NCBI GenBank assembly: GCA_037442925.1
Contig: JBBIPG010000024.1
Coordinates: 1-29,441 of the forward strand
Direction of reading: 5' to 3'
DNA from: Candidatus Fraserbacteria bacterium
GTDB lineage: Bacteria > Bipolaricaulota > Bipolaricaulia > RBG-16-55-9
Length of the DNA stretch: 29,441 nt
Shown: positions 8,477 to 17,519 of the stretch, one piece after another
How the letters are laid out: the number at the start of each line of letters is the position of its first letter
Position numbering within the stretch: position 1 is the stretch's first letter
Made by a program: the position numbers and the translations under genes
The notes under the pieces: model-generated
What the model was told of the DNA's origin: nothing
The model's database searches: none
The model's input: only the letters and a program-made list of their open reading frames with translations

Positions 8477-10044
8477 TTTCTGGGCGTCATTCTCGATAAC
8501 GCCAACTGAATTCCCAAAAGAGTAGAGAGGTTCAGAACAAGAGGCATGATGACAAGAGAGGCCAATTGCGTTGCTCGGTCGATCACAACATAAGCTCCCG
8601 GCAGCTGGGCGAAGAATCGAGCGAGTTCCATTAAGCTTATGAGTATCGCGCTCTCAATGCTACCAAGTGCCACGGCAACAGGATCAAGAAAGATCGTGGC
8701 TGCGATCAAGACGAGCACACCCAGCCACAGCGCGATGGTCGCCAGAGGCACTACGACCAGATTCGCCAGCAAAGCGCCCAAGTAGATGCGATGGAATTGA
8801 TAAGCCAGAATCGGGGCGACCGCGAGCTGAGCTGCAAGAGAAACGAGTACGAAAGCAACAGTCAGCTCCGCCAATCGAAATGAGACTCGCTTCGGTAGTG
8901 ATGAAGCTACATTCCAGCGCACGCGTAGGCGCTCGCCCTGCTCTTGAATGAGAGGCAAAGCCAACTCTACTGCCATGATAATTCCAGCTGTGGCGGCGAA
9001 GCTCAACTGGAAACTGACATCGAAGAGCGCTTGAGGTGTCCAGATGCAGATCACGAGCGCTGCGGCACACAGCCCTTGAAGCGGATCAATCCAGTCTTTG
9101 AGAATCCAGCTCCTCTCCGCCATGACCCAGCCCACAGTGACAAAAGCAAACATGAGCGATGCTCGGACGAGGCTGACTTCAAAGCCGACGAGCAATAGAT
9201 ATGCGAACACCAGTGGGATGAGAGACACGTAGATTTGGCTGACAGAGAATCGAAACGATCTAAGTGTTCCCCAGAAAAGCCCGAGTAAGATTCCCAGATT
9301 GAGACCGGAAACGGCTAGGACATGCATGACACCGGCGTCCCGAAAGCTCGCCTCCACTTCTTCGCTGAGATAAGCTCGCTCTCCAAAAAGCAAGCCCTTC
9401 AGGAGCCCGCTGGCTGCTGGAGATACAGAGCGATCGATCAGCTCGAAAATCTGTCGCCGTGTTTGATAACCCCAATCCCAGATCACATCGCCTCGATGTG
9501 TGGCCTTCTGCTGGATCTGGCGAGCGCTCCAGAGACTGCCTATACCCCAGATGTTTCGATTCAGCAGATACTCTCGGTAATTGAAGTCTTCAAACTCCCA
9601 GGGGATCTCGAAGCGTGCCTCGATCTCCAATTCGTCTCCGTAGTCAATCAACTCGTATTCCCCGTTTGGGTGGTAATAGAAGATCTGAAGCCGACCTGGC
9701 CATCTTGGGGGCTGAAGAACGAAACTGCTTCGCTCCGGACGATGATCGGGGTAACTGACGACAATCCCGCGCACGCTTTTTAGATTTTCAAGTAGCGGGT
9801 ATAGCTGCTCTACCGGAATTCGAGCTTGAGAATAAACAAGTGCTCCTAAGGCCGTAAGCAAAAGGAGAACTGCCGAAGGCCACTGGGTGTACTGGAAGAG
9901 GTAGAGAATGCTTGCGAGAATGAGCAGCCCAAGGACGATCAGCCAGATGTGGAGCGAAGATACCCAGGGACTGACTTCACGTCCCAGCAGGATTCCCAGC
10001 ATCCAAGCAAACGCTATGAAGAACAACGGTCGCCGTGGCACCAT
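8464..10044 (-). CDS. comEC: ComEC/Rec2 competence DNA-uptake channel (DUF4131/OB plus competence domains, no metallo-beta-lactamase domain)
   Basis: FNYREYL, GLLFGE, FRDAGVMHVLAVSGL, SLVRASLM, SFQLSFAAT, LLANLVVVP motifs; many TM helices. Confidence 0.93.
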   Translation of the reverse strand: MVPRRPLFFIAFAWMLGILLGREVSPWVSSLHIWLIVLGLLILASILYLFQYTQWPSAVLLLLTALGALVYSQARIPVEQLYPLLENLKSVRGIVVSYPDHRPERSSFVLQPPRWPGRLQIFYYHPNGEYELIDYGDELEIEARFEIPWEFEDFNYREYLLNRNIWGIGSLWSARQIQQKATHRGDVIWDWGYQTRRQIFELIDRSVSPAASGLLKGLLFGERAYLSEEVEASFRDAGVMHVLAVSGLNLGILLGLFWGTLRSFRFSVSQIYVSLIPLVFAYLLLVGFEVSLVRASLMFAFVTVGWVMAERSWILKDWIDPLQGLCAAALVICIWTPQALFDVSFQLSFAATAGIIMAVELALPLIQEQGERLRVRWNVASSLPKRVSFRLAELTVAFVLVSLAAQLAVAPILAYQFHRIYLGALLANLVVVPLATIALWLGVLVLIAATIFLDPVAVALGSIESAILISLMELARFFAQLPGAYVVIDRATQLASLVIMPLVLNLSTLLGIQLALSRMTPRNYFA

Positions 10045-10088
10045 CTCATCACCGAGATAAGTGGATATCGGTGTTACTACTGTTATAT

Positions 10089-10118
10089 AGTTTAGATGAA
10101 CTTTCGGGGGCTTGTCAA
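10089..10118 (-). promoter_or_regulatory. Putative comEC promoter (TTGACA-N18-TAAACT)
   Basis: Consensus -35 and a good -10 in the leuS-comEC intergenic region. Confidence 0.6.
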
Positions 10119-10152
10119 GGCTGTCGGCAAAGCGTGCTTGTTTTTGGTGGGT

Positions 10153-12726
10153 TCACTTGACGACCACGTTCACCAGCCGCCCCGGCACCACGATCACCTT
10201 CTGGATTTGCTTGCCATCAAGCCTCTTTTCAACCTGCTGAAGAGCACGCTTCTCCAATTCCGACTGATTCTGACTTATGTCGACCGATACGATCATGCGA
10301 TCGCGCACTTTGCCGTTGATCTGGATGATGATCTCGCACTCTGCACTCTCTAAAGCATTGGGGTCGAACGCAGGCCAAGGCTGATCCAACACAGCGCCGT
10401 CGTGTCCCATGACTCGCCAAAGTTCTTCTGCGATGAAGGGCGTAAAGGGCGACACGATGAGGATCAAGTCCTCTAGTGCGCGCTTGACCATGGGCTTATT
10501 CAACTTTCTGGAGTGCGATGTGGTGTAATCCGAAAGCTCGTTGGTCAGCTCCATAATGGCAGCGACAGCCGTGTTAAAGTGAAACTGTTCGATGTCTTCT
10601 GTGACGGCTTTGATCGTCTGATGGAGCTTCTGCCAGACTTTCTTCTCTCGCTCCGTGAATGTGTTGGGATTGAGATCGCTTGCATCGACATCAGCGAGTT
10701 TGCGGGTATGAGAGCAGACAAGTACCCAGAGGCGATTCAAGAACCGAAAACTGCCGCGCACGCCCTCATCGCTCCACTCGATGTCGCGGTCCGGTGGTCC
10801 CATGAAGAGCGTGTAGAGTCTCTCGGTGTCGGCCCCATACTGGTCTATCACTTCTTGGGGTGAGACCACGTTAAGATGAGATTTGGACATCTTCTGCAAG
10901 TCCGTCTGTAGCTCACGTCCGCAGTGTGGACAGCGATTGCCCTCTTGCACCTCAGGGGGAGCAATCCAGTTATGCTCCGAACAGCGATACGAAGTGTACT
11001 CGATCATCCCCTGTGTGAAGAGGCGCAGAAAAGGCTCATCGAACTTCACATGGCCCATATCGCGGAGAGCTTTTGTGAAGAAGCGCGAGTACATCAAGTG
11101 TAAGATCGCGTGTTCCACGCCACCCACATACTGATCCACAGGAAGCCATTGATTCACGGCTTCTGAGTCGAAGGGCCTGTCGGCATCATGTGGTGAGATA
11201 AAGCGCAGGTAGTACCAGCTGGAGTCCACGAACGTGTCCATCGTATCCGTGTCGCGCTTGGCTGGGCCGTGGCACTTCGGGCATGTCGTCTGATAGAACT
11301 CCGGGATCTCGGCCAGACCTTTCTTGCCGATGAAGGGGACATCCGGCAAGCGTACAGGCAATTCCTCTTCGGGCACGGGGACAGTCCCACACGTGGGGCA
11401 GTGGATCATGGGGATGGGCGTGCCCCAGTAGCGTTGGCGTGAGATGAGCCAGTCGCGCAACTTGTACTTGATCGCGAATCGCCCTTGCCCGCGCTGCCGC
11501 AAATACTCCCCAATCTTGTGGAAAGCTTCTTGGCTTGTGAAGCCATTAAACTGGCCGGAATTGACGAGCTGGCCTTCTCCCTCGAAGGCCGCTTGGAGTT
11601 CGCCCTTGTTTTCCTCGCTCTCGATGACTCTACGAATCTTAAGTCCATACTTTCGGGCGAATTCGAAGTCTCTGGTGTCGTGACCGGGAACACCCATAAT
11701 TGCGCCTGTGCCGTACTCCATCAAGACGTAATTGGCAATGTAAATCGGGATCTTCTCACCGCTCATGGGGTTGATGGCATACCGGCCCGTGAAGTAGCCT
11801 TCCTTCTCGACGTCCGCGGCACCGCGAGCGATCTCGCCTTGTTGGAGTGCCCTTTGGATGAACGCCTGCATCTCCTCGCGACGCTTGGGATCGCGCTCCT
11901 GTGCTATGAACTCTTCAATGAAGGGATGCTCCGGTGCCAACGCCATAAAGGTCACGCCGAAGATCGTGTCCGGCCGCGTCGTAAAGATCTTCAGCTTGTG
12001 CGGGGAATTCTCGATGGCAAACTCGGCTTCCACGCCTTCGCTACGCCCGATCCAGTTGCGCTGCATTTTTTTCACTCGGTCCGGCCAGTGTTCGAGCTTC
12101 TCTAGATCTTCCAAGAGCTGGGGGGCATATTGTGTGATCTTGAAGAACCACTGAGTGAGCTTCTTCTTAATGACAACAGAATCGCAGCGCTCGCAATGAC
12201 CATCGATGACTTGTTCATTGGCCAAGACCGTCTCGCAGCCGGGGCACCAGTTGGCGATGGCCTCCGCTCGATATGCAAGGCCATTCTTATAAAATTGCAG
12301 GAAGAGCCACTGATTCCAGCGGTAGTACTCCGGCTCGCAGGTGCGTATCTCGCGATCCCAGTCGTACTCGATGCCCCAGGCGTGGAATTGTCTTTTCATC
12401 CCTTCGATGTTGGCAATGGTCCAATCCCGTGGGTGGGTCTTATTCTCAATCGCGGCGTTCTCAGCGGGCAGGCCGAAGGCATCAAAGCCCATCGGGTTGA
12501 GGACTTGGAAACCGCACATCTTCTTGTAGCGGGCGAACGCGTCGCCGATGATGTAGTTACGTCCGTGGCCGACATGGAGAACGCCGGAGGGGTAGGGGAA
12601 CATATTGAGGTAGTAGAATTTTTGGCCAGGGTTCTTCGTGTTGACGGCAAAGAAGCCGTGCTCACGCCAGAAGTCGCGCCATCTCTTCTCGATCTTCTTG
12701 AAGTTGTATTTAGCTATCCTTGGCAT
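10153..12726 (-). CDS. leuS: Leucine--tRNA ligase
   Basis: [13 protein letters not shown] (HIGH), TTRPDT editing domain, [32 protein letters not shown] 12726 has SD GAGGTGA 8 nt upstream. Confidence 0.98.
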   Translation of the reverse strand: MPRIAKYNFKKIEKRWRDFWREHGFFAVNTKNPGQKFYYLNMFPYPSGVLHVGHGRNYIIGDAFARYKKMCGFQVLNPMGFDAFGLPAENAAIENKTHPRDWTIANIEGMKRQFHAWGIEYDWDREIRTCEPEYYRWNQWLFLQFYKNGLAYRAEAIANWCPGCETVLANEQVIDGHCERCDSVVIKKKLTQWFFKITQYAPQLLEDLEKLEHWPDRVKKMQRNWIGRSEGVEAEFAIENSPHKLKIFTTRPDTIFGVTFMALAPEHPFIEEFIAQERDPKRREEMQAFIQRALQQGEIARGAADVEKEGYFTGRYAINPMSGEKIPIYIANYVLMEYGTGAIMGVPGHDTRDFEFARKYGLKIRRVIESEENKGELQAAFEGEGQLVNSGQFNGFTSQEAFHKIGEYLRQRGQGRFAIKYKLRDWLISRQRYWGTPIPMIHCPTCGTVPVPEEELPVRLPDVPFIGKKGLAEIPEFYQTTCPKCHGPAKRDTDTMDTFVDSSWYYLRFISPHDADRPFDSEAVNQWLPVDQYVGGVEHAILHLMYSRFFTKALRDMGHVKFDEPFLRLFTQGMIEYTSYRCSEHNWIAPPEVQEGNRCPHCGRELQTDLQKMSKSHLNVVSPQEVIDQYGADTERLYTLFMGPPDRDIEWSDEGVRGSFRFLNRLWVLVCSHTRKLADVDASDLNPNTFTEREKKVWQKLHQTIKAVTEDIEQFHFNTAVAAIMELTNELSDYTTSHSRKLNKPMVKRALEDLILIVSPFTPFIAEELWRVMGHDGAVLDQPWPAFDPNALESAECEIIIQINGKVRDRMIVSVDISQNQSELEKRALQQVEKRLDGKQIQKVIVVPGRLVNVVVK

Positions 12727-12803
12727 AATCCAGTTCACCTCATGCGCAATTGCTGTACTGGCTTTGTTCCTAGTTGGTTCTTGCTCTTAGGGTGGATTGA
12801 TGG

Positions 12804-12878
12804 TTAAAAATTGGAGTCCGTGCTGGGGGCACGGAGCAGCAGGAATAGCATATATGGAAAGACGCGCTTAAACGTCAT
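12804..12878 (-). CDS. Putative leuS leader peptide MTFKRVFPYMLFLLLRAPSTDSNF
   Basis: 24-codon ORF between the promoter and leuS; four Leu codons within five positions (CTA TTC CTG CTG CTC). Confidence 0.5.
   Translation of the reverse strand: MTFKRVFPYMLFLLLRAPSTDSNF
12806..12835 (-). terminator. Hairpin with offset U-tract in the leuS leader (possible attenuator or pause site)
   Basis: TCCGTGC-CCCCA-GCACGGA stem-loop (12817-12835), followed 6 nt later by TTTTT on the minus strand; the spacing is atypical for an intrinsic terminator. Confidence 0.4.
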
Positions 12879-12894
12879 GCCTTCTCACGCTGGG

Positions 12895-12923
12895 ATTATC
12901 TCATAAAGGGGATCGATTGTCAA
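12895..12923 (-). promoter_or_regulatory. Putative leuS promoter (TTGACA-N17-GATAAT, extended TGn)
   Basis: Near-consensus hexamers directly downstream of the phosphomutase stop codon. Confidence 0.7.
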
Positions 12924-12930
12924 GATGAGT

Positions 12931-14418
12931 CTAGTGCATCCAGAGGTCTAGCTCTCCCTTGGCAAATCTCTCCGCTTCATCCAGTACCAGCTTCACCTTC
13001 TCTGGGCTATCCATCTCGCAGTAGATGCGGAGCAGTGGCTCAGTCCCGGAGGCGCGAAAGAGCAGCCAGCCGTCGTCGAAGCGGAGTTTGATGCCATCTA
13101 ATGTCTCGATGCTCTTCACTTGGCAACCCGCGAAGATCTCGGGCTGGTGAGCCTTGAGTTGCTGGACGACTGCGATATGCTCTTCTAGATGATGCAGATC
13201 TCGTCGCTCATAGTAATGATACCCGATCTCATCCATGAGTTCTTCAATGAGTTGGCTCAAGGGTTTGCGGTGCTGGGCGACGATCTCCAGCAGCAATAAA
13301 GCCATCAGCACCCCATCCCGCTCGGGAATGTGATTCTTGATGGCGATGCCGCCACTCTCTTCGCCCCCGATCAATACATCTTCCGTAAGGAGCTTCTCGC
13401 AGATGAATTTGAACCCCACAGGCACTTCGTCGATGGGGGTCGAGTGGCGCTCGGCCACACGCGTGGCCATGTCTGAGAGCGTGAACGATTTCACGGCTTT
13501 ACCACGCCAACCCCGCGCCCAAAGATGCTCAAAGAGCAGCGCGTAGCAACGATGCGGATCGACGTAGTTGCCCTCTTCGTCCATCGCGGCGACGCGGTCG
13601 CCGTCTCCGTCGGTCACTACCCCCACGAGCAGTCGGTCGTCGCGATGTCGCGTTCTCTCCGCCATGAGTACGGCCTTGAGCGGCGTGAGATTGGCTGCCA
13701 CCGGCTCGGGAGATCGTCCCCCGAAGTACGGATCTTCCCCGTGGCGCACCATCACGTGAGGGATCTTGAGTTCATCGAGCATCGAGGCGATATAGCCCCG
13801 AGCGGAACCATACATGGCATCAATGACCACGCGCAAAGGTGCCTCGGCCAACACGCCAGTTTGGAGTAGCTCTCTCACTCGATGGAGGAAGAGAGGCTTC
13901 AGATCAAGAGGGTGTGATTTGACCGCGTCACGACTTGAAGCATCGAGCTTCGGAATGCGCTCTGGGATGAGCCTCTCTACAACTTGTGTGATCTCCGGCG
14001 GAGCCGCGCTTCCCAGCTCTGTCTTGATCTTGATCCCCAGATATTGCGGTGGGTTATGGCTGGCGGTGACCATGAGCCCGAGTGCCGCCTTCTGATGGAT
14101 GACGGCATACGACAATGCCGGTGTGGGAACAGGTTCGTGAGAGAGCCAGATAGGGATCTTGTGATGCTCGAGGATGCGTGCGATCTGCTCGGCAAACGCA
14201 CGCGCCATAAAGCGCGTGTCGTAGCCAATGATGACACCTTGCTCCAGCGAAACAGGCCGGACGCCCCAGCGCCGGTACGACTCCAACTCCATGCGCTCTG
14301 GCCCTTTGAGATAATACGCGATAGCTTGTGCCACGCGGGCGACGTTGGCGAACGTGAAATCCCGAGCGATCACTCCCCGCCAGCCGTCGGTGCCAAAGCG
14401 GATTGCCTCTTGTGGCAT
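12931..14418 (-). CDS. Phosphoglucomutase/phosphomannomutase family protein
   Basis: FGTDGWRG, TASHNP phosphoserine motif, DGDGDR metal loop, GEESGG, RASGTEP. Confidence 0.95.
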   Translation of the reverse strand: MPQEAIRFGTDGWRGVIARDFTFANVARVAQAIAYYLKGPERMELESYRRWGVRPVSLEQGVIIGYDTRFMARAFAEQIARILEHHKIPIWLSHEPVPTPALSYAVIHQKAALGLMVTASHNPPQYLGIKIKTELGSAAPPEITQVVERLIPERIPKLDASSRDAVKSHPLDLKPLFLHRVRELLQTGVLAEAPLRVVIDAMYGSARGYIASMLDELKIPHVMVRHGEDPYFGGRSPEPVAANLTPLKAVLMAERTRHRDDRLLVGVVTDGDGDRVAAMDEEGNYVDPHRCYALLFEHLWARGWRGKAVKSFTLSDMATRVAERHSTPIDEVPVGFKFICEKLLTEDVLIGGEESGGIAIKNHIPERDGVLMALLLLEIVAQHRKPLSQLIEELMDEIGYHYYERRDLHHLEEHIAVVQQLKAHQPEIFAGCQVKSIETLDGIKLRFDDGWLLFRASGTEPLLRIYCEMDSPEKVKLVLDEAERFAKGELDLWMH

Positions 14419-14436
14419 AAAGGCAGCGATCAGCTT

Positions 14437-14694
14437 TTAGCTTTCAGCGGATCGCTTATGGCTGACCGCAGACTTTCGCTCGAGCAACACTTGACCGCTT
14501 CGGGTGATGATGCGCTCCACATTGGCTGGAAGTGCGAGGTTATTGCTTGTCAGGATCTCCAGGATGAGATCCTCCGGAAGCGCCGTTTCCAACCAGATGG
14601 CTTCCAAGGTGATCGCACCGTTCTCCACCGGGATCTCCGGTATGGCTTTCTCGATGGCTTTCTTGTACTTGCCTACATCGAACGTATCTGTCAT
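14437..14694 (-). CDS. Small hypothetical protein (85 aa)
   Basis: SD-like GAAGGTGG upstream; fills the gap between co-oriented genes; protein-like composition. Confidence 0.75.
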   Translation of the reverse strand: MTDTFDVGKYKKAIEKAIPEIPVENGAITLEAIWLETALPEDLILEILTSNNLALPANVERIITRSGQVLLERKSAVSHKRSAES

Positions 14695-14745
14695 GCCAGT
14701 TCCACCTTCTCTTCTCGTGCATACTAGGGTATCTTGCGTTCATAG

Positions 14746-16134
14746 TTAATAAGGCAATGTATACTCCACGGTGTATTGTACGACGGTCTTGCCCTCTTTG
14801 GCCACGGGCACTTGGAACTCGATGGTCTGGGCATCGAGCTTGACGAAATCAGGCTGAGGGTCCACGATCTTCCAGTCGCCCATGAGGCGCTCGCGGACCT
14901 GAACAACGACGTCCCGTTCTTTATGATTCGTGAGCGTAATCTGGAACGCATCGCGATACATGCGATCGCCTAGCCTTTCATGGCTTGTCTGAACCCGCTT
15001 AGCCACGAGATCGAAGGCCAAGCCTGCCCGCAGCCTCACCCGTTCTCCTACCGGTATATGAGGAATCGTATCTTCACCGATGAACTGCACTCCTTCTGGT
15101 GTGCGCTGATAGAGGCGAACGATCCCCGCGGGCAAGGGATTCTCATCGGGAGCTTTGTTGTCAAACTCCACCCACACCTGCACGCCATCTTGCACATACG
15201 CCGCGTAGATGTACTTCTTCTCTATCGGGAGGGCATGCGCCTGAACGAAGGCCAATTGAACCGTCTCTCCATCGGGCAGACGGGCAGGTCGCTGAAGAGT
15301 GTAGAGATGGTACTCGAAGGAGGGCTGCTCCACGAAGGCGGGAGCTGCCTCTGCAACGGCTTTGGCTGCTTCCGCCATGGGAGGGAGTACGCCTCTTTGA
15401 ACGCGATGGATCTGACCCGCTACCAAGTTCAAGCGTGCCTGCTCCACGTCAAGCCCGGAGCTATTGGTGATAGAGACCCAACTGTCGAGATCCAGCGCGA
15501 TCTCTGAGGAATCCATGACTGCCGTATACTGGACATTCCAGTCGAAGCCTTCACTCAAGTAACGGAGTTGAATGGGCTGGAGTCCGGCTGCCTCACTCTT
15601 GAGCGTCCAGAGGAGCATGGTGCCCTTCAGTTCTTGTTCGGGGAAGTGGAAGCGCGTGGCGTCCTGAACAACTTGTAGTTGGCCCGACTCCTCTTGGAGG
15701 ATGATGCCACCTTGAGTGCCGACCAGGCGTCCGCGGTAGGTCATCCCCTGACCTTGGGGCGCGAAGATCTCGATCTCCTGGCCCAGGTGTGATTGTAAAA
15801 GCTCTGCAAGTGAGTCAGGATCTTTGAGGAAGCGCTGTTGCAGTAGCTCCAGTGTTTGTGGGATTTCAGCCGTTTCCAGTTTCAGTGAATCTGGCAGCAG
15901 CTGTGTGCTGATCCCTTGGATCTCGTACTCTGAGGTTCCTTGAGTGAGTTCGAGTGTCCGCTGATCCTCGATCAGAGCGAGATTCTGGGCTTGGTAAATG
16001 GTCAGAGTGATCGTTCCGGGAGAGCCGCTGAGTGGCATAGAAGAATCATTTTGCACTCCTTGGCTTGTGGATGTAGCTAAGAGCAGGAGGAGCAAGGTCA
16101 AGCTGACGAGCATGATAGAGATTTCGCGTTTCAT
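14746..16134 (-). CDS. Secreted DUF4139-family protein
   Basis: Signal peptide from ATG 16134 (SD GAGGGGTG); LTIY..NLALI, L-x-YL..W..Y, FEYHLYTL, PLPAG.VRLY, IGED.I.H motifs. The ORF-track start at 16257 overlaps tRNA-Cys. Confidence 0.85.
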   Translation of the reverse strand: MKREISIMLVSLTLLLLLLATSTSQGVQNDSSMPLSGSPGTITLTIYQAQNLALIEDQRTLELTQGTSEYEIQGISTQLLPDSLKLETAEIPQTLELLQQRFLKDPDSLAELLQSHLGQEIEIFAPQGQGMTYRGRLVGTQGGIILQEESGQLQVVQDATRFHFPEQELKGTMLLWTLKSEAAGLQPIQLRYLSEGFDWNVQYTAVMDSSEIALDLDSWVSITNSSGLDVEQARLNLVAGQIHRVQRGVLPPMAEAAKAVAEAAPAFVEQPSFEYHLYTLQRPARLPDGETVQLAFVQAHALPIEKKYIYAAYVQDGVQVWVEFDNKAPDENPLPAGIVRLYQRTPEGVQFIGEDTIPHIPVGERVRLRAGLAFDLVAKRVQTSHERLGDRMYRDAFQITLTNHKERDVVVQVRERLMGDWKIVDPQPDFVKLDAQTIEFQVPVAKEGKTVVQYTVEYTLPY

Positions 16135-16157
16135 CGTTTTGTCACCCCTCAAGGAGA

Positions 16158-16187
16158 AGCTTATCGTAAGTGGCGGATGGGATTCAA
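16158..16187 (-). promoter_or_regulatory. Putative promoter of the DUF4139 gene (TTGAAT-N18-TAAGCT)
   Basis: Hexamers on the minus strand just upstream of the SD. Confidence 0.45.
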
Positions 16188-16200
16188 GCGGGAGAGACGG

Positions 16201-16230
16201 TTGACAAAGATTGGGCGTCGCACCTATAAT
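16201..16230 (+). promoter_or_regulatory. Consensus sigma70 promoter of the tRNA operon (TTGACA-N18-TATAAT)
   Basis: Both hexamers are perfect consensus, ending 13 nt before tRNA-Cys. Confidence 0.85.
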
Positions 16231-16243
16231 TTGGGATACGACT

Positions 16244-16318
16244 GGCGGCGTAGCCAAGAGGTAAGGCGAGGGTCTGCAAAACCCTTACACCCCGGTTCGA
16301 GTCCGGGCGCCGCCTCCA
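16244..16318 (+). tRNA. tRNA-Cys (GCA)
   Basis: Acceptor stem GGCGGCG/CGCCGCC, anticodon loop CT-GCA-AA, GGTTCGAGTCC T-arm, U discriminator, encoded CCA. Confidence 0.97.
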
Positions 16319-16326
16319 TCACTGTG

Positions 16327-16399
16327 GGGCGGTTAGCTCAGTTGGCAGAGCGTCTGCTTGACGTGCAGAAGGTCGGGGGTTCAAGTCCTCCACCGCCCA
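16327..16399 (+). tRNA. tRNA-Val (GAC), CCA not encoded
   Basis: Acceptor stem GGGCGGT/ACCGCCC, anticodon arm TCTGC-TTGACGT-GCAGA, GGTTCAAGTCC T-arm, discriminator A followed by CCCA. Confidence 0.96.
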
Positions 16400-16413
16400 C
16401 CCACAAGGGTAGA

Positions 16414-17361
16414 ATGCGGTGGTTCATTGCCTTTGCCTTAATAGCTATAGCGAATTATGGTGTCTTCGCCCAAACCGTTCCTCTTTCTTCTTTTGCCGAT
16501 CTCTTTGCCAGTCGCCCGGAGATCTCATTCACCGTGCCGGATTGCTTAACGTATGTCCCAGACTCGTTTTCAGTGATCCTCCTCCAAGAGCTGCCCAAGG
16601 CCATCGAGGCATGGCAGCGCATCCCCGGCATTCCACCGATCCGGCTGGTTCGAGACTGTTTTGTTCCCAGCTTCGGTGACGAACGAAACTCGATCTATTG
16701 GAGCTTGGAACAGATCACGGAACAGGACACCCTAGCAGAGCAGAGATTCAGCTACTCAACGGATAAGATCCTTGAAGAAGATATCATTGTGAGCCTCCCG
16801 GCCATGCTTGCAAAGAACACAGATCTCGGTGGAGATCTCCTCACGCTGGATGAGCTTGTCTTCAATGCCCTAGTCCATGAGTTCGGGCACTCCCTTGGAC
16901 TAGCCGATGCGTACCTCATCACGGGGTTGAGCGACTGCACGGGGTGGTCTGTCATGCTCGCTGCTTGTACTCTCCGGCGGGTCTATCCGACCAAGAAAGA
17001 TGTAGAGGCTTTAGGAAAGCTCTATGGCTTTCTTCGCTCGACTCCTTCCACTCCTCCGGGTTCTTGGCTGCGAAAGTACGACCTGAATTTCAACGACTTC
17101 ATCGACGATGAGGAGTTTTTCGACTTATTGGACGCTTGGATTCGAGGAGAGATCACAGACTCACACCTCTACGAGGCCACCGATGTGTGGGTGAACCAGC
17201 GCCGCATGAGTACTGCTCAGAGAATAGAGCCGTCTTGTGATCCAAAGCGAGCGAGAAGCGTGTACGATCTCAACGGATCACCCCTAGCATGGAACCATGC
17301 GTCAAAGGGGATTTATATTATCGATATGGGTGCTCGATGGTGTCTTGCGGCGAAGCGATAG
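16414..17361 (+). CDS. Secreted metzincin-type zinc metalloprotease with an EF-hand/dockerin-like C-terminal motif
   Basis: Signal peptide MRWFIAFALIAIANYGVFA; HEFGHSLGLAD zinc motif; WSVM Met-turn; DLNFNDFIDDEE loop. The ORF-track start at 16177 runs through both tRNAs. Confidence 0.82.
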   Translation: MRWFIAFALIAIANYGVFAQTVPLSSFADLFASRPEISFTVPDCLTYVPDSFSVILLQELPKAIEAWQRIPGIPPIRLVRDCFVPSFGDERNSIYWSLEQITEQDTLAEQRFSYSTDKILEEDIIVSLPAMLAKNTDLGGDLLTLDELVFNALVHEFGHSLGLADAYLITGLSDCTGWSVMLAACTLRRVYPTKKDVEALGKLYGFLRSTPSTPPGSWLRKYDLNFNDFIDDEEFFDLLDAWIRGEITDSHLYEATDVWVNQRRMSTAQRIEPSCDPKRARSVYDLNGSPLAWNHASKGIYIIDMGARWCLAAKR

Positions 17362-17492
17362 CGACGAAGAAGAGGGCTTTTACGGTTTACGTGGCAGCAA
17401 TTCCGATCCTCATGTTTTACCTGCCCCCTTAATAGACTATGGATGAAAGAAGCGAATTTAGAGGCCTTTAAGAGGGTTGAGTGACAGGAGTA

Positions 17493-17519
17493 GGTCCGTT
17501 AATGCTTGAGTAACGGACC
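17493..17519. repeat. Perfect 9-bp inverted repeat between convergent genes (possible terminator or RNA stabiliser)
   Basis: GGTCCGTTA-ATGCTTGAG-TAACGGACC; no U-tract on either strand. Confidence 0.5.

Noticed and set aside
11485..12807. Long plus-strand ORFs of 206 and 225 aa
   Set aside because: Antisense shadows of leuS.
12822..12833. RAP in the leader peptide as a RAPP/RAGP-type arrest motif
   Set aside because: The sequence is RAPS, not a known arrest motif, and these codons are constrained by the hairpin.
12741..12890. T-box riboswitch upstream of leuS
   Set aside because: No T-box consensus (GGTGGNACCGCG) or stem I motifs, and the leader is short.
13984..14727. 247-aa plus-strand ORF
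   Set aside because: Antisense to the phosphomutase and the 85-aa gene.
16135..16413. N-terminal extensions of ORFs 14746..16257 and 16177..17361
   Set aside because: They run through promoters and tRNA genes; signal peptides begin at 16134 and 16414.
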